Origin: Centruroides vittatus
Taxonomy: Eukaryota
Direction: 5' to 3'
DNA length: 64,000 nt
Assembly (NCBI RefSeq): GCF_030686945.1
Contig: NW_027122668.1
Coordinates: 188,099-252,098, forward strand
The first letter of the stretch is position 1. Each line of letters begins with the position of its first letter. Of this stretch, positions 1 to 12,138 are shown piece by piece. A program made the position numbers and the translations under genes. The notes below the pieces were generated by a model that was not told where the DNA came from, made no database searches, and saw nothing but the letters and a program-made list of their open reading frames with translations.

Positions 1-2261
1 CCGTGTTGAAAATTTGAAATCGTTGATGTAGTCTCCAATGGCAGATTTCTGTCTTCGTCTGAAGTAGCATTGAAAAATTTTCTCTGCGGTCTCCTACGTG
101 AATTGTCACATGTTAGATTTGTACCTTGAGGAAGCCACAGTAATCTCATCTACAGTAGTGGAACCAGATCAGATGTTAGGAGCCCCAAGTTAAAATTTAA
201 TATGAACTGCTACACATTTTAATAAATTTTTGCTGTTAATACTTATATAGATCACTATATCAGTAATTAACTCCACAATTACATTATTTTTATTAACTTT
301 TTCATTAAAGGAAAGGCTTGGACCCCATAGTTCCCTCCCTGGTTACATCAGTGGCCTTCTACTACATTTGTGTGACCAAAAAGACTAATCTTGTGCATAG
401 GGACTTAGTGACCACTTCATATTATAATTAAGACTTAGTTCATTTTTTTTGTGAAAATAATTATGTCAAATGTCAATAGCATTAAAATTTTAAAAAGAAT
501 AACACTAAATAGTTAAAAATATGTTTGATATATATACATTTGTGTTCAAAAAGTAAGCAATAACCATTAGTTTGCCATAAATCTCTGGAACTATTGATCA
601 AAACACTTAACATACAAACAGAACATTGTATTCTTTATGCAGCAAAACAATTGAAAAACAAAACTAAATTATATCAAACCAAAATTAACAAGAAAAAATA
701 TTAAGCATTATCATAAATGTTTTTGCACAGAAAAAGATTAACACAATGTTTTTCTTGCATGTACACTTGCTGTGCAGGTCTCATGCTGGTTGTAACATTG
801 ATTGACTCTGTCAGAGCTAAGTACATTCTCAAACAAGAGTATCTTGAAACTCCTCATGTTCTTGGAAGAGGCTGATAGGATGATGATCTTTTCCTTAAAG
901 CATCCCAACGTGTTCTATGGGACTTGGAATGGCCAGCAAAATCTCCATATCTATGTGGCAAATGTCATCATTGTCAAGAAAGTGCAGTGAAGATGACTGC
1001 AGCCCTTCCATACAGACATTTTCATCCATAAAAGTGAAATCTGCACCACAGCATGTCAGAAAAGTTGAATGGTTTTCAAAACCTTGTATCTGTACCTTCT
1101 TGTAGTAATGGTATTCCTTACAAAAATGTGAGCTCAGTGTGGCAATTAAGCATAATGCTGCCCCTTACCATGATACCTCCACAAAAAAATTTTTATCATG
1201 TACAGTACATGGGACTATATTAGGTTCTCCACTCTCTCCAATTTCTAATCAGATAAGAATCATTGTCTGGATTCTTCAGTGAACAGAACATTCTCCCATT
1301 CATTCAATGCCAATTTTGATATTCTTGATACTCTTAAAATTGCTTTTTTGTGCACATGATTCAATGGAATGCAACGTATTGGACATATGGAAAAAAATGA
1401 TTATTTGCCTTGCAATTTACTGTAGACAGTTTGTTGTGTAATTTTAATAGCAGTGGCCATAGACTGTTCTGTACAGAGCTACCTAACAAATTTTTTTTCT
1501 GTTATTGTCAAACCCAAGTCTTGGAGAGTAGTAGGATGATGCCTTTTCCACCTTAGCTGCTTGGCCATCGGGATGTCCAATATATCTTCCATTGGGGATG
1601 TGCTGGATATCCCTAATATCATCAGAAGTTGTAAGACAGTTGTAACATTTTTCCAGTTGGGTATATATATATATATATGTGAACTGTATTATTTATAAGA
1701 AACAGTTTTTTAAAATGTACCAAAATTTAAGGTATATTTATATCACAGATCTCAATTTAATGTGTAGCCTAACAGTAATTTTATTTTTGGAGATTCACAT
1801 TTGTACTGAAGACTGTTTAAAATCGTGCAAGTTATCTTACCAAATACATACAATTTTTTTCAATTTTACAGGGAAGCTGCAAAATTAATGGCCACTGTAC
1901 TGCATTTATCATATGTATAGAAGAAGAAGAAAAATGCATTGTGGAATATTGTTTACAACACTATGCACACAACATCGAAGTGGGAAATTTATCGTTGGAC
2001 GAAGACGAAAACCAGACAACCACTCGTGGCGATTCAAATAAACCTAATAAGCGGAAAAGAAATAAAAGGCCAACAATATATTGTCCAAAATAACCTATAG
2101 CACTCGAATGAAATTTATAAGAATTATTTTGATATTTATAAATTTATACTGTAAAAAGAACTGTATTATATTTGCTAAAAAAAATGAAATAAATTTGAAG
2201 TAAAACATGTTTTGTTTTGAAGAAGTGAGGCAACAAGTTGTCATTTTTCGAACAGAGAACT

Positions 2262-2697
2262 ACAGTAGAACCTCTATTATCCGGACTAATTGGGGATGAA
2301 GGTAGTCTGGATAAGGAAAAATCCGGATAATCGAAAATAATAATAATTGACAGTGCGTATAGCAGACGTGGGCAAATGTGGCTCCAAGAGCCGCATGCGG
2401 CTCTTGCTGAGTGTTAACCACTCGGTTACATCTTCGTCACATTCGGCACATATTGAAATTTGTGCTATTGCTTCTGCAATGTCTCCTATACCACTTTCTA
2501 CTGTTACTGGAATTTACTAATGGTCTTTTCAAAATTTTGTTCCATGCATTCCATCACGTAGTACATAAACAGTGTCGCAATTTGCCAAGTGCAAATCAGC
2601 AAATTCGTACAATTTTTGTTTATGTTGAACAATCCGGATAATCGAAAATCCGGATAATAGAGGTCCGGATAATGGAGGTTCTACAGTATTTCCAAAT
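2262..2697. mobile_element. MITE-like element (~436 bp) with ~22-bp TIRs (ACAGTAGAACCTCTATTATCCGG / rc) and subterminal CCGGATAAT repeats
   Basis: Left end 2262 'ctacagtagaacctctattatccgg'; right end 2660-2697 'ccggataatggaggttctacagta' is its reverse complement. Repeated 'tccggataat' motifs sit near both ends. TSD not resolvable. Confidence 0.5.
2365..2410 (-). repeat. Solo terminal fragment of the hAT-like MITE family that has a full member at 26640-26828
   Basis: 'cagacgtgggcaaatgtggctccaagagccgcatgcggctcttg' is close to the rc of the 26640-26828 MITE right terminus 'aagagccgcatgtggcttttggagccgcatttgcccatgcctg'. Confidence 0.35.
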
Positions 2698-3110
2698 TGG
2701 CACATTGTAACATGCATCCTGGGTGTCTTCCCTCCTTGCAAATCTATATTTGGAATATTTCAGTGTTGCATCTGGTTAACTTGTTCTTCAATTAAGTCAA
2801 TTAATATAATTATTGGTTTAGATCAGTCATTCTTAACAATAGTAAACTTCAATAATACACTTCTTAGCGATAATGCCTTGGCAAGAAGTACTAATTTATG
2901 TCTTGCCATCTAGTGAAGGGAGAGACGAATAGACAGACAGAAATTCGTTGCAGTTTTATGTAATTAATAAAAAATCTAGGTTTGATTAGTGGTAAACATT
3001 CCGGGATCATAAAGATACCGTTAAAATTTGGTAATGATTGATTGGTTCAGTAGTGTTCACGGTTACTGGTCACAAACAAAAAATACATTGTCTCTTTATA
3101 TAGTATAGAG

Positions 3111-3421
3111 CAGACCTGGCCAACCCGTGGGCCGCATGAGGCCCATCACGTTAAATTGTGTGGCCCGCTAAGCGATATTATATATCTATTAAAACTTTTG
3201 TTTCCCGTTGTGTATACCAAAACAATTAAATAAATGAAAATTTGCATGTGTCATTGTTATAATGCACAAGTACGAGTACGAACTCTTGGTATAACAATAA
3301 AAGCTTATTCATTTTGTATTTGTTTTACTTTTTTAAAAGCATGTTTGCCTAAATTGTGGCCCACCGTAATGTTACGCGTGATCAAAGTGGCCCGCGAAAC
3401 AATTTGGGTTGGCCAGGCCTG
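3111..3421. mobile_element. hAT-type MITE (311 bp), TIR CAGACCTGGCCAACCC / CAGGCCTGGCCAACCC, 8-bp TSD GTATAGAG
   Basis: TIRs read directly. An identical 8-bp direct repeat 'gtatagag' lies at 3103-3110 and 3422-3429 immediately outside the TIRs. No coding capacity. Confidence 0.65.
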
Positions 3422-3486
3422 GTATAGAGTATAGATATAGATTCCGAGATACGATAAATCTGTGTTTATGTAGTTTTGAAAATTAA

Positions 3487-4145
3487 AGTAGACCCCCTAT
3501 AACGCAGGTTCATATAAGACGGATTCGTATAACACGACGGAGAAATTGCGATCGTGTTCGTATAACATGCTAAAAGGCTCGTATAACACGGTTAAAAAAT
3601 GAGACAGATTGTCATGGCCGACTCGTGTCTCGACAGGATGGTCGAATCTGGACCAATAGTGGACATTGCACAAACCGTTGAGTTTAAACGAGCAGTGGAC
3701 CTACTATAAAACATTTATTATTCAACGGCCATAAAAATTATATTTCTATTAATGATGTCTCCAAAGTTTGGCGAATTTTTCGCAGAAAGAATATCTTATC
3801 AGGAAACGCGTCCGCCGTTCGACGAGCCGCTCCGCGACGAAAACAAGCTTAAGCAATGGCGTCTTCGAACGGTGCGTACTCGTTAAGTATTCCTACAATT
3901 TTTTGTTTATAGCATATTTTATATGGATTATTCCCAAAAAATTATACGTGTTTTGGAAATGTTCGAGTCAAATTAGTCTAGAATCGGTTAATTTTATGGA
4001 AGAAAACCTTTCAAACAGCCGTAGCCCCTAAACTGCACAAGTGTCGGGCTGTGAACTGCTCATGCATTTGTAAAATCTAAGTGGCTCGTGCAACATGGAA
4101 TTCATATAACACGGAACGTATCTACCGCGTTATAGGGGGTCTACT
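3487..4145 (+). mobile_element. Non-autonomous TIR element (~660 bp), TIR AGTAGACCCCCTATAACGCGG, with subterminal 'CGTATAACAC' repeats; second copy at 49751-50362 inverted
   Basis: Left 'agtagaccccctataacgcagg'; right 'ccgcgttatagggggtctact'. Internal repeats of 'cgtataacacg'. The whole segment recurs in reverse complement at 49751-50362 at roughly 85% identity. Confidence 0.55.
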
Positions 4146-4440
4146 GTACTTGCGTTACACATACCCCTTATTACTGAGAATCTTCTAATGCAATCGAATG
4201 TTTTCAATTTGATCAATTTTCTAGAACGTTTGCAATCGTTCTATAATCGAACAAATATGTAGTAACAAATTCGAAATTGAAACGGTCCGAACATTTGTTA
4301 AAAAATCGTAATACGTAAATATCAGTCACGAAAAGAAATTTTATATACTTAGATTAATTTTATTATTCCCTAATACATTCAACATTGTTTTTTGATGCCA
4401 ATAACTTTAAGGTTGTATTGTATGAAACGATTATACACCC

Positions 4441-4500
4441 TTTCGAGCGACTCGGATCTTCTTTCTTCGCCCTCTCGGGCTGACTCGGTATGACCGCAAC
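4441..4500. repeat. Isolated single monomer of the downstream satellite
   Basis: 'cgactcggatcttctttcttcgccctctcgggctgactcgg' matches the 5761-7110 satellite monomer but occurs once, 1.3 kb upstream of the array. Confidence 0.5.
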
Positions 4501-5760
4501 GTTTAAGTAAAAAAAAGTTCATTGTTTCGAGTCATCAGTCAAGGTCTACGCGGTTCTTTACGTGTGAGAAATACATTTCGAGCACGTTAATTTGTTTTAT
4601 TATTTACATTTAAATTACCTTGCTGGTATTTTATTTATTAACGAATAATACAATTGTGAGATCCCGGGAGGGAAGTAAGAGGAAGTCGTATCTCCCCTTC
4701 CGGTAACAGGTCGTAGACCCGCTCACTTGTCAAGGATGGCTGTTACGTTGATCGCGCTTTACGCGAGTGGAGGAGGTCAGCGGGGCCGACGATAAGGTGT
4801 GGCCAACAGTCGAGTAAAAACACCATTGTATAACAAAACAAGATTTATTAAAATCGAAACGAATAAAACTACATTTCTACCCTCATATACGCGAAAAGGG
4901 GTATCGAGAGAGAGAGTTTACAAATATCTTTTCATACCTCTTGGCAAAATTCCGTAAGAGACGGATCCCAGTGAATTTCCTAGGTTGGAATGGTCACTCG
5001 AAAGGGGCAATAGGTCACAATATATCTTCCTGATGGCGGAGGCGAGGCGGAACGTCAATTATCCGAAGATGGCACTTAGAAACACAGGATTTCGGACGTA
5101 GGAGCCGTGCACTTAATTAAGGAGACGATCAGAGACTCCCCGAGGGGGGGAAGGAAGCGTCTTTTATAGCTTTTCAATGGAAAACTCGGTCACGTGATTG
5201 ATAGCGGATTGCGATTAGGGATATAGGTGTTCCCGGGATTCAAAACAAAATGACGAATTCGGATGCTAACTGTAAATTATCGTGCAAGTTGAACTACCGA
5301 CTGCGAGGGAACAATGGCTTGTTGACGGTTAGTGGAAGATTGTTGATGGTCAGGAGTTTCATATTATTTTAGTTAAGGAATTTTATCGTCTAAGCTTTTA
5401 TATCACAGAAGTGGAAATAATTTAGAATTTTGGGTAATTAACTTCCCGATCTCACACAATAAAAATTTAGGAATCCAATTTTACTTAATAAGGGGAGAAA
5501 AAGTCTGTATAGTGCAAACATTTTTTTTGCGAACTTTGTATACTTTGTTTTAATTGAAAGAACATGTCGTACATTTTATAAAAATTGATATGACAGGCTA
5601 CCCTTTACCAAAAAGTTTGGCCCTGAAAAGGACCGTTTAATATTCTGAAGTTTACTTTGAACTGGTAGTTACAAGATGGCGTGTTTTCAACGAACGGCGT
5701 GCTTTTAACGAACGGCATGGTTAGCAATTCTCCGGGCAACAAAATAAGAACGGCAGTTTG

Positions 5761-7110
5761 GATTTCCTTCTTCGCCCCTACGGGCTGACTCGGATCTTCC
5801 TTCTTCGTTCTTCCGGGCGGTCTATCGATCTTCCTTCTTCACCCCTACGGGCTGACTCGGATCTTCTTTCTTCGCCCTGTCAGGGCTATCGATCTTCCTT
5901 CTTCGCCCCTATGGGCTGACTCGGATCTTCTTTCTTCGCCCTGTCGGGCTATCGATCTTCCTTCTTCGCCCCTACGGGCTGACTCGGATCTTCTTTCTTC
6001 GCCCTGTCGGGCTATCGATCTTCCTTCTTCGCCCCTACGGGCTGACTCGGATCTTCTTTCTTCGCCCTGTCGGGCTATCGATCTTCCTTCTTCGCCCCTA
6101 CGGGCTGACTCGGATCTTCTTTCTTCGCCCTGTCAGGCTATCGATCTTCCTTCTTCGCCCCTATGGGCTGACTCGGATCTTCTTTCTTCGCATTGTCGGG
6201 CTATCGATCTTCCTTCTTCACCCCTACGGGCTGACTCGGATCTTCCTTCTTCGTTCTTCCGGGCGGACTATCGATCGTCCTTCTTCGCCCCTACGGGCTG
6301 ACTCGGAGCTTCTTTCTTCGTTTTCCGGGCGGTCTATCGATCTTCCTTCTTCGCCCCTATGGGCTGACTCGGATCTTCTTTCTTCACCCTGTCGGGCTAT
6401 CGATCTTCCTTCTTCGCCCCTACGGGCTGACTCGGAGCTTCTTTCTTCGTTCTTCCGGGCGGTCTATCGATCTTCCTTCTTCACCCCTACGGGCTGACTC
6501 AGAGCTTCTTTCTTCGCCCTGTCGGGCTATCGATCTTCCTTCTTCGCCCCTACGGGCTGACTCGGATCTTCCTTCTTCGTTCTGTCGGGCGGTCTATCGA
6601 TCTTCCTTCTTCGCCCCTACGGGCTGACTCGGATCTTCTTTCTTCGCCCTGTCGGGCTATCGATCTTCCTTCTTCGCCCCTATGGGCTGACTCGGATCTT
6701 CTTTCTTCGCCCTGTCAGGCTATCGATCTTCCTTCTTCGCCCCTATGGGCTGACTCGGATCTTCTTTCTTCGCTCTGTCGGGCTATCGATCTTCCTTCTT
6801 CGCCCCTACGGGCTGACTCGGAGCTTCTTTCTTCGTTTTCCGGGCGGTCTATCGATCTTCCTTCTTCGCCCCTACGGGCTGACTCGGATCTTCTTTCTTC
6901 GCCCTGTCGGGCTATCGATCTTCCTTCTTCGTTCTTCCGGGCGGTCTATCGATCTTCCTTCTTCACCCCTACGGGCTGACTCGGATCTTCTTCTTCGCCC
7001 TGTCAGGCTATCGATCTTCCTTCTTCGCCCCTACGGGCTGACTCGGATCTTCTTTCTTCGCCCTGTCGGGCTATCGATCTTCCTTCTTCACCCCTACGGG
7101 CTGACTCGGG
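5761..7110. repeat. Satellite tandem array, ~21 copies of a 63-bp higher-order unit built from two ~31-bp subrepeats (A: gatcttccttcttcgcccctacgggctgactcg; B: gatcttctttcttcgccctgtcgggctatc), with a third variant (gatcttccttcttcgttcttccgggcggtctatc) sometimes substituting
   Basis: Directly visible periodicity: the occurrences starting at 5954 and 6017 are 63 bp apart. The array is GC-richer than its flanks. It is not a CRISPR array because there are no unique spacers. Confidence 0.95.
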
Positions 7111-8214
7111 TCTGCTATAAATATGTTTCAGTTGATCAGGAATAATTCTATTTTTGATTTCCTATAAATGAAAAATAACAACTTACTTACTGAAGTTTAT
7201 TTTTAATGAAAATTATTTTGGAAAATGTCATAAAAAAAGAAAAACGAGAAAATTTCCTCTTAATGCAAGTTAAATGTTTTGCAGTGTTATTGCAGTGGTA
7301 TTTGCATACCTTGCGAAGCATGCAGTAAGTTTACCTATATTTATTCCATGCTGAGAAGGTGATACGTTGCAAAATGCGCATGACGTGACAGTTACATGGG
7401 GTTTCTTTGAATAAAAGTGGTTTTGGTCTGTCTGTTATATATGTTAAAAAATGATTGGGCCCCATTGGTAAATGTCACAAATTGTAACCTCTGCTTTTTT
7501 ATTGAGAAAATGAAATTATTTTTTAGCTAATTTTGATTTATTTTGTATTTAGATTTCTTGGTTAGCTCACAGATGGTGGTTTTACGCTGTATAAGTGTGT
7601 TTTGTGCCGATCGATATCGATTAATCGATAGTTTTCCATGTTGGGAAACTATCCATTGGATTGACGTAGAAATTAAATTTTTGTGTTTTGCTTTTAAGTA
7701 TGGCGGTTACACTTCTTTGTTTTTTCCTGGATACTTCTCTTTATGATTTAAAATTTTTAAATATTTAATTGTTTTTTTTATCAATTTTGTTTATGTAATG
7801 TTGTAGTTAATTAATCAGTTTATTCCTGGCAAGAGGCTTCTTAATTTTCACAGCAACACATTACGTCACTGAGAATTATTTATTCACTTTAACGAACGTT
7901 TTCAACCTGTTCTACACGTTATCTTTATTTTTTTAAAATCTATGGAACATTGATAAGTTTTTTCCCGAATGTAACAATTAAGAACACATTTAAAATATAA
8001 AAATCTTTGGAATGTATTGCAATATTATATTAAACTTGTAATAATCCTTTATGGTAAGAATACTGTTGTATTACCCGCATCGTGTTTGAAATAAGTATAG
8101 TAAATAAATGAAGTGACAGGCCTAATACTTAGTACGGGTTACCGAACGTTTATTTTATGAATTATGTAAAAAGCGGTGACTAAAGGTACGGTTTGCTATG
8201 CAGCTCGTTCGGAA

Positions 8215-8565
8215 CGAAAATTATTTTGTTACACGAAGGACGAGAACCTAGCTTATAAGGACCTTTTGTCTTGGACTCTAGGCCATCGCAGGTTCGGCCG
8301 AATGGTAAGAAACACGGCCCGATATATCCGATTTACCCACAAAAATTTTCGAGTTTCTTAGCCCACCCGGATGCGATACCCGGTCTTGAGAGCCATAGGT
8401 TGATGTCTCAACCGCTCTGGTTTCACCAAAGACTATTAGTCTATTAGTACGTTTTTATAGAATTAAACCGTATCCTCGAACTCTTCACGTAGACAGCCAG
8501 ATGGTCGAACCGTAAAGGTGACAGCCTACCACTCCGGAGAACCCGAAATGGAATCCGGAGATAAG
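8215..8565. mobile_element. Degraded copies of the tRNA-derived SINE family (body fragment in minus orientation ~8280-8460; head fragment in plus orientation ~8490-8565)
   Basis: 8497-8560 'gccagatggtcgaaccgtaaaggtgacagcctaccactccggagaacccgaaatggaatccgg' resembles the SINE head at 58523. The rc of 8280-8385 resembles the SINE body ('...tcgggccgtg...ggccgaacc'). Confidence 0.4.
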
Positions 8566-9691
8566 GGAATTTCATAAGGGAAATTTATTTTGTTTCTTCG
8601 GCACAATGAAGTGCAATTGATTAAGATTCGTGCTGAAGAAACAAAGTAAATAAGAAGACGCAGTTTCAAATTTAATCGGGGAAATCCAATAATGGAATTT
8701 TGTTCCCTTGAGGAAACGTACGAAAATATTTCGATAATTTTCATAACACTTATATTAAATAAAGTGATTTACCCGTAATACGAATTCGTTTAAAATGGAT
8801 TCCTTCTATAATAATTTGTTGTGAGTTGGCTAATGACGACTTCCAAATGTTTCATTTGAGTTCTGTTTCCTTTACTGAAATACGGCGTTTCTGTCTTTCC
8901 CTTTTCCCTAGATTATTCTGCAAATTCTCGGCTTTTTTCTTCCGTTATTTTTTCTAAAACAAGAAAAAAAATTGGTATTTTTCTTGGAAAGTGCCGGCGA
9001 TACGAAAATGGAGTTTGGATTCAGACCAACAACAATGGCGTTTGTATTGTTGATTCGGTAACAATCACAGATGAAGCTGAAATTTAATTGTTGTCGTCGA
9101 TGACGTTTTGCGAATGACGTCATGAGCAGTGTTGACCAATTAGCAAAGTTTATAATATACAATAGCTTAACTTTTGCAAATTATTATAAAGATTACGGTA
9201 GTAAAATGTTTTTGCTCGCAATTCGTGTTTGTTTTGAAATATCCGGCCGACATAGACATAAGCTACTTTATTTATTTATTTATTTTTTTCTAAATTATTT
9301 ACTATAAAGTCTAAAACTATTTGTATTATATATTTAAATATTTTATAATAGCATAAGACTTAATAATGTCTATATTTATTTAATTCAAGTTAAATTACCA
9401 ATTGAATAAAAAATACTTCAGTGTGTTAAGTATGAATCGAACTTTTTGCTAAAATAAATTCGTAAAAATAATTAAAATTTATTAATTATAAATATTAACT
9501 TCGTAATTTATGAAATTATTATTTAATTAATAAAACAAATTAAAGTCTCAAAAAACAAAAGGAAGTTTTGATAAAGCCACTACCCATTTCCGTCTCCGGG
9601 TGGTGTTCTATATTTCACGCATGGTAGGCTCACGTGGTATTCTTTACTGTACAGTGTTTTGTAAAGCATCCTCCAACCAATCAATCGACCA

Positions 9692-9710
9692 TAACAACAA
9701 CAACAACAGC
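9692..9710. repeat. (CAA)6 microsatellite
   Basis: caacaacaacaacaacag. Confidence 0.8.
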
Positions 9711-9826
9711 GGATAAGTTAATATTTATTACGATGTTAATCTTTAGTATTGCCACATCAGTTCTATACGCGATTTCCAGAAACACGTTGTAATCGTGGGC
9801 AAGAAATTGAAATTTAAACAGTCGAA

Positions 9827-10203
9827 ATGAGTGCATTAAAAGCGGACAGGAATTATAACGAAGAAAAAATCATCAAAACACATCCTGTAGATACTAAAGA
9901 TGCTTATTCAATTACAGTTCTGTTCTGTTTCAAGATAGATCATTTATCAAATTCTGTAAAAATTCTCATTTGTTCTTTCCTTCTTTTTGTATTTTTTATT
10001 ATCTATGGTTATTTGCAGGTGAGTGGAGTTATTAAATGGATTACTTTGATTAATGTCGTCTACATAAAGGCTTTGTTTCAGGAATTGATTTTTCAGTTAG
10101 AAGAATTTAAACCTTTTGGAATGTATCTAACTTTCATGCAATTTTTATTATATTCTTTTATATCTTTTCTAGAATGGTGTGTAAATAAAAATTGTCATAG
10201 AAG
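9827..10203 (+). CDS. Candidate 5' coding exon of a multi-pass membrane protein, possibly nucleotide-sugar transporter (SLC35B-like); ends at donor GTAAGC
   Basis: ATG at 9827 and an open 126-codon frame ending at 'ag|gtaagc' (donor at 10204). It contains two hydrophobic helices (ILICSFLLFVFFIIYGYL; LTFMQFLLYSFISFL). The motif 'EEFKPFGMYLTFMQFLLYSFISFLEW' resembles the 'KHPGCGNIVTFAQFLFIAVEGFLFE' region of SLC35B4-type transporters; this comes from memory only. No downstream exon was identified. Confidence 0.3.
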
Positions 10204-10243
10204 GTAAGCTTAAATGTTTTTTGAGTCAATTATTGGTTAATGT

Positions 10244-10325
10244 TACCTATGGTAGCGAACATGGCGGCTCGTCTCTGAAACAGTGGGGTTGCACGTTCTA
10301 ACCTAACCTATTCTATTTATCCTAT
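10244..10325. mobile_element. Truncated member (one arm) of the GGTTAATGTTACCCTAGGTA MITE family, carrying (CCTAA)2
   Basis: 'ggttaatgttacctatggtagcgaacatggcggctcgtctctgaaacagtggggttgcacgttctaacctaacctattcta' matches the left arm of the 63314-63545 MITE. The partner arm is absent, and a foldback element follows at 10388. Confidence 0.5.
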
Positions 10326-10387
10326 TCTAAAATGTGCATACTTGATAGACGTTTCCAAAGCACACAGAATTATTTGTGCCGACTCGT

Positions 10388-10985
10388 ATGAAAAATGCTA
10401 TAAACAAAAGCCAATAGGACTAGTTGCCGACTCTGCACCGTTTGGGCTGCCATTGCTTAAGTTTATTTTCGTGGTGGAGCAGCTCGGTGTATGAGGGACG
10501 TGCACAAAATGTGTTACGTGACCCGGCTTCGACATCACTCTATTACGTGACTACCTAGAAAGGTCGGCCACGTGATGTCTCTGATGTATTTCCCGAGAAC
10601 TTTTCGGACTCCGAAGAGTTTGTGGACTATAGTTTGTTAAATTTGTTGTTTCCGGTAATACTGCAATATCCTAAAACAAAACTGATTGACTATTAACTTT
10701 TGTAAAAAACAATAAATAAATTGTAAAATTACTCGTGTAGCAGCCTTAAAACTTCAATTACATTAAGTTCTCGGGAAATACGTTAGAGATGTTACATGGC
10801 CGACATTTCTAGGTATTCACGTGACCGAGTCACATGGAAGCTAGGTCACGTCACATATTTTGTTCATGTTTTCCATTTATTGTGCTGCTCCACAACGAAA
10901 ATAAACTTAGGCAATGGCAGCCCAAACAGTGCAGAGTCGGCAAGTAGTTTGATTGGTTTTTATTTGTAGCATTTTTCATGTGATT
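10388..10985. mobile_element. Foldback-type element: ~285-bp inverted arms around a ~30-bp loop (centre ~10680)
   Basis: 10388-10660 is the reverse complement of 10700-10985, e.g. 'atgaaaaatgctataaacaaaagccaatagg...' against the rc of '...ccaatcaaactacttgccgactctgcac...catgtgatt'. Confidence 0.55.
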
Positions 10986-12120
10986 TGGACAAGTAATCCC
11001 GTGTTTTGGAAATGTGTGTCTTTTAAAAAACAAGTTAGAATGAAAATGAATAATGGTAAAAAACTATATAATTATTCTGCATTTTTTATTAAATTAAAGT
11101 AAATTAATTATTCTTAATACGTATATATCAACTTCTCGAAGCTTGATGTATTGATACAATGCCAAACGTTTACTTAGTTTCTAGTTATTAATTATAGCAT
11201 AATAATAGCCCGATTAATTATGGCGATCATTTTTCTCAGTATTCTCAATACATTTCATAAATTCTGCTATAATTCTAATCTTGTTAAGATGTGGTACTTG
11301 ATTAAAGATGGATATCATCTTAAGAGTAGTACGTTATACATAATCTAAAATTTTTTATTTATTAACTTAAAATAATTTAATACTCTAAAAATAATGAAAA
11401 AATGTACATACTTTTTCTTCAGACCACTAAATCTTTTCAGCCTTCAGCAAAGCGTGTAAAATGCTATTACAAATTCACAAATGTTTTCAGAATCCACTTG
11501 ATTCATTTCAAATTGGCAATGGTGCACCCTGTGGTTGGCCAAAGGGTCCTCACATCTCCAAAATTAAAGGAAAAGAAACATTGGTAAATTTTTTGAAAAA
11601 TATTTTCCTAAGTAAAATTTGTGTTTTTATTTATATAGTGTCATGTATTGTATTTTTATATTTCTTATGAATCAACAGTCACATAATTTGGGAAGTTTAT
11701 TGAGTTTGCATTAAAAATTTTTTTATCTGAACAACTTGGCTCTCCTGAAGAGTAAATCTTGAGTGTGCCACTGCAAATTGGAATGCGTATAATAGAACAT
11801 GAAAGCAATTCAAAACGAACTCTGTAAATTTGAAACTGGAATCGGGTAGATTCTGAAAACATTTGTTTGTTGCTATATTTTACATGTTTGGATGGAAGCT
11901 GAAGAGGTTTAGTGGTCTGAAAATATTACATGTTTCCAGTGTTAGTGAAGTACATTTTGTTATAAAGTAATATCTTGAGTTATGTAACACATGACTTAAG
12001 TAAATTCGCTGTTATGTAAAATGTAATTCTCAAAAATTGAAAAGAAGTCTGAGTAGAGTAATGTAATTTTACAAAGAATCTCTAATTCATACATTCTATT
12101 TCAAACATTCATTCATTCAT

Positions 12121-12138
12121 TCTCTCTCTCTCTCTCTT
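12121..12138. repeat. (CT)9 microsatellite
   Basis: tctctctctctctctctc. Confidence 0.8.

Noticed and set aside
3768-4031. 87-aa ORF (and the related 49973-50263 minus-strand ORF)
   Set aside because: They lie inside the two copies of a non-autonomous TIR element. The ORFs are not conserved in frame between the copies.
5761-7110. CRISPR array
   Set aside because: The tandem units are contiguous with no unique spacers, and the context is eukaryotic. It is a satellite.
11411-11575. Candidate coding exon (acceptor ttttcttcag, donor g|gtaaat)
   Set aside because: None of the three frames gives a convincing protein, and none links in phase to the neighbouring candidate exons. Left unannotated.
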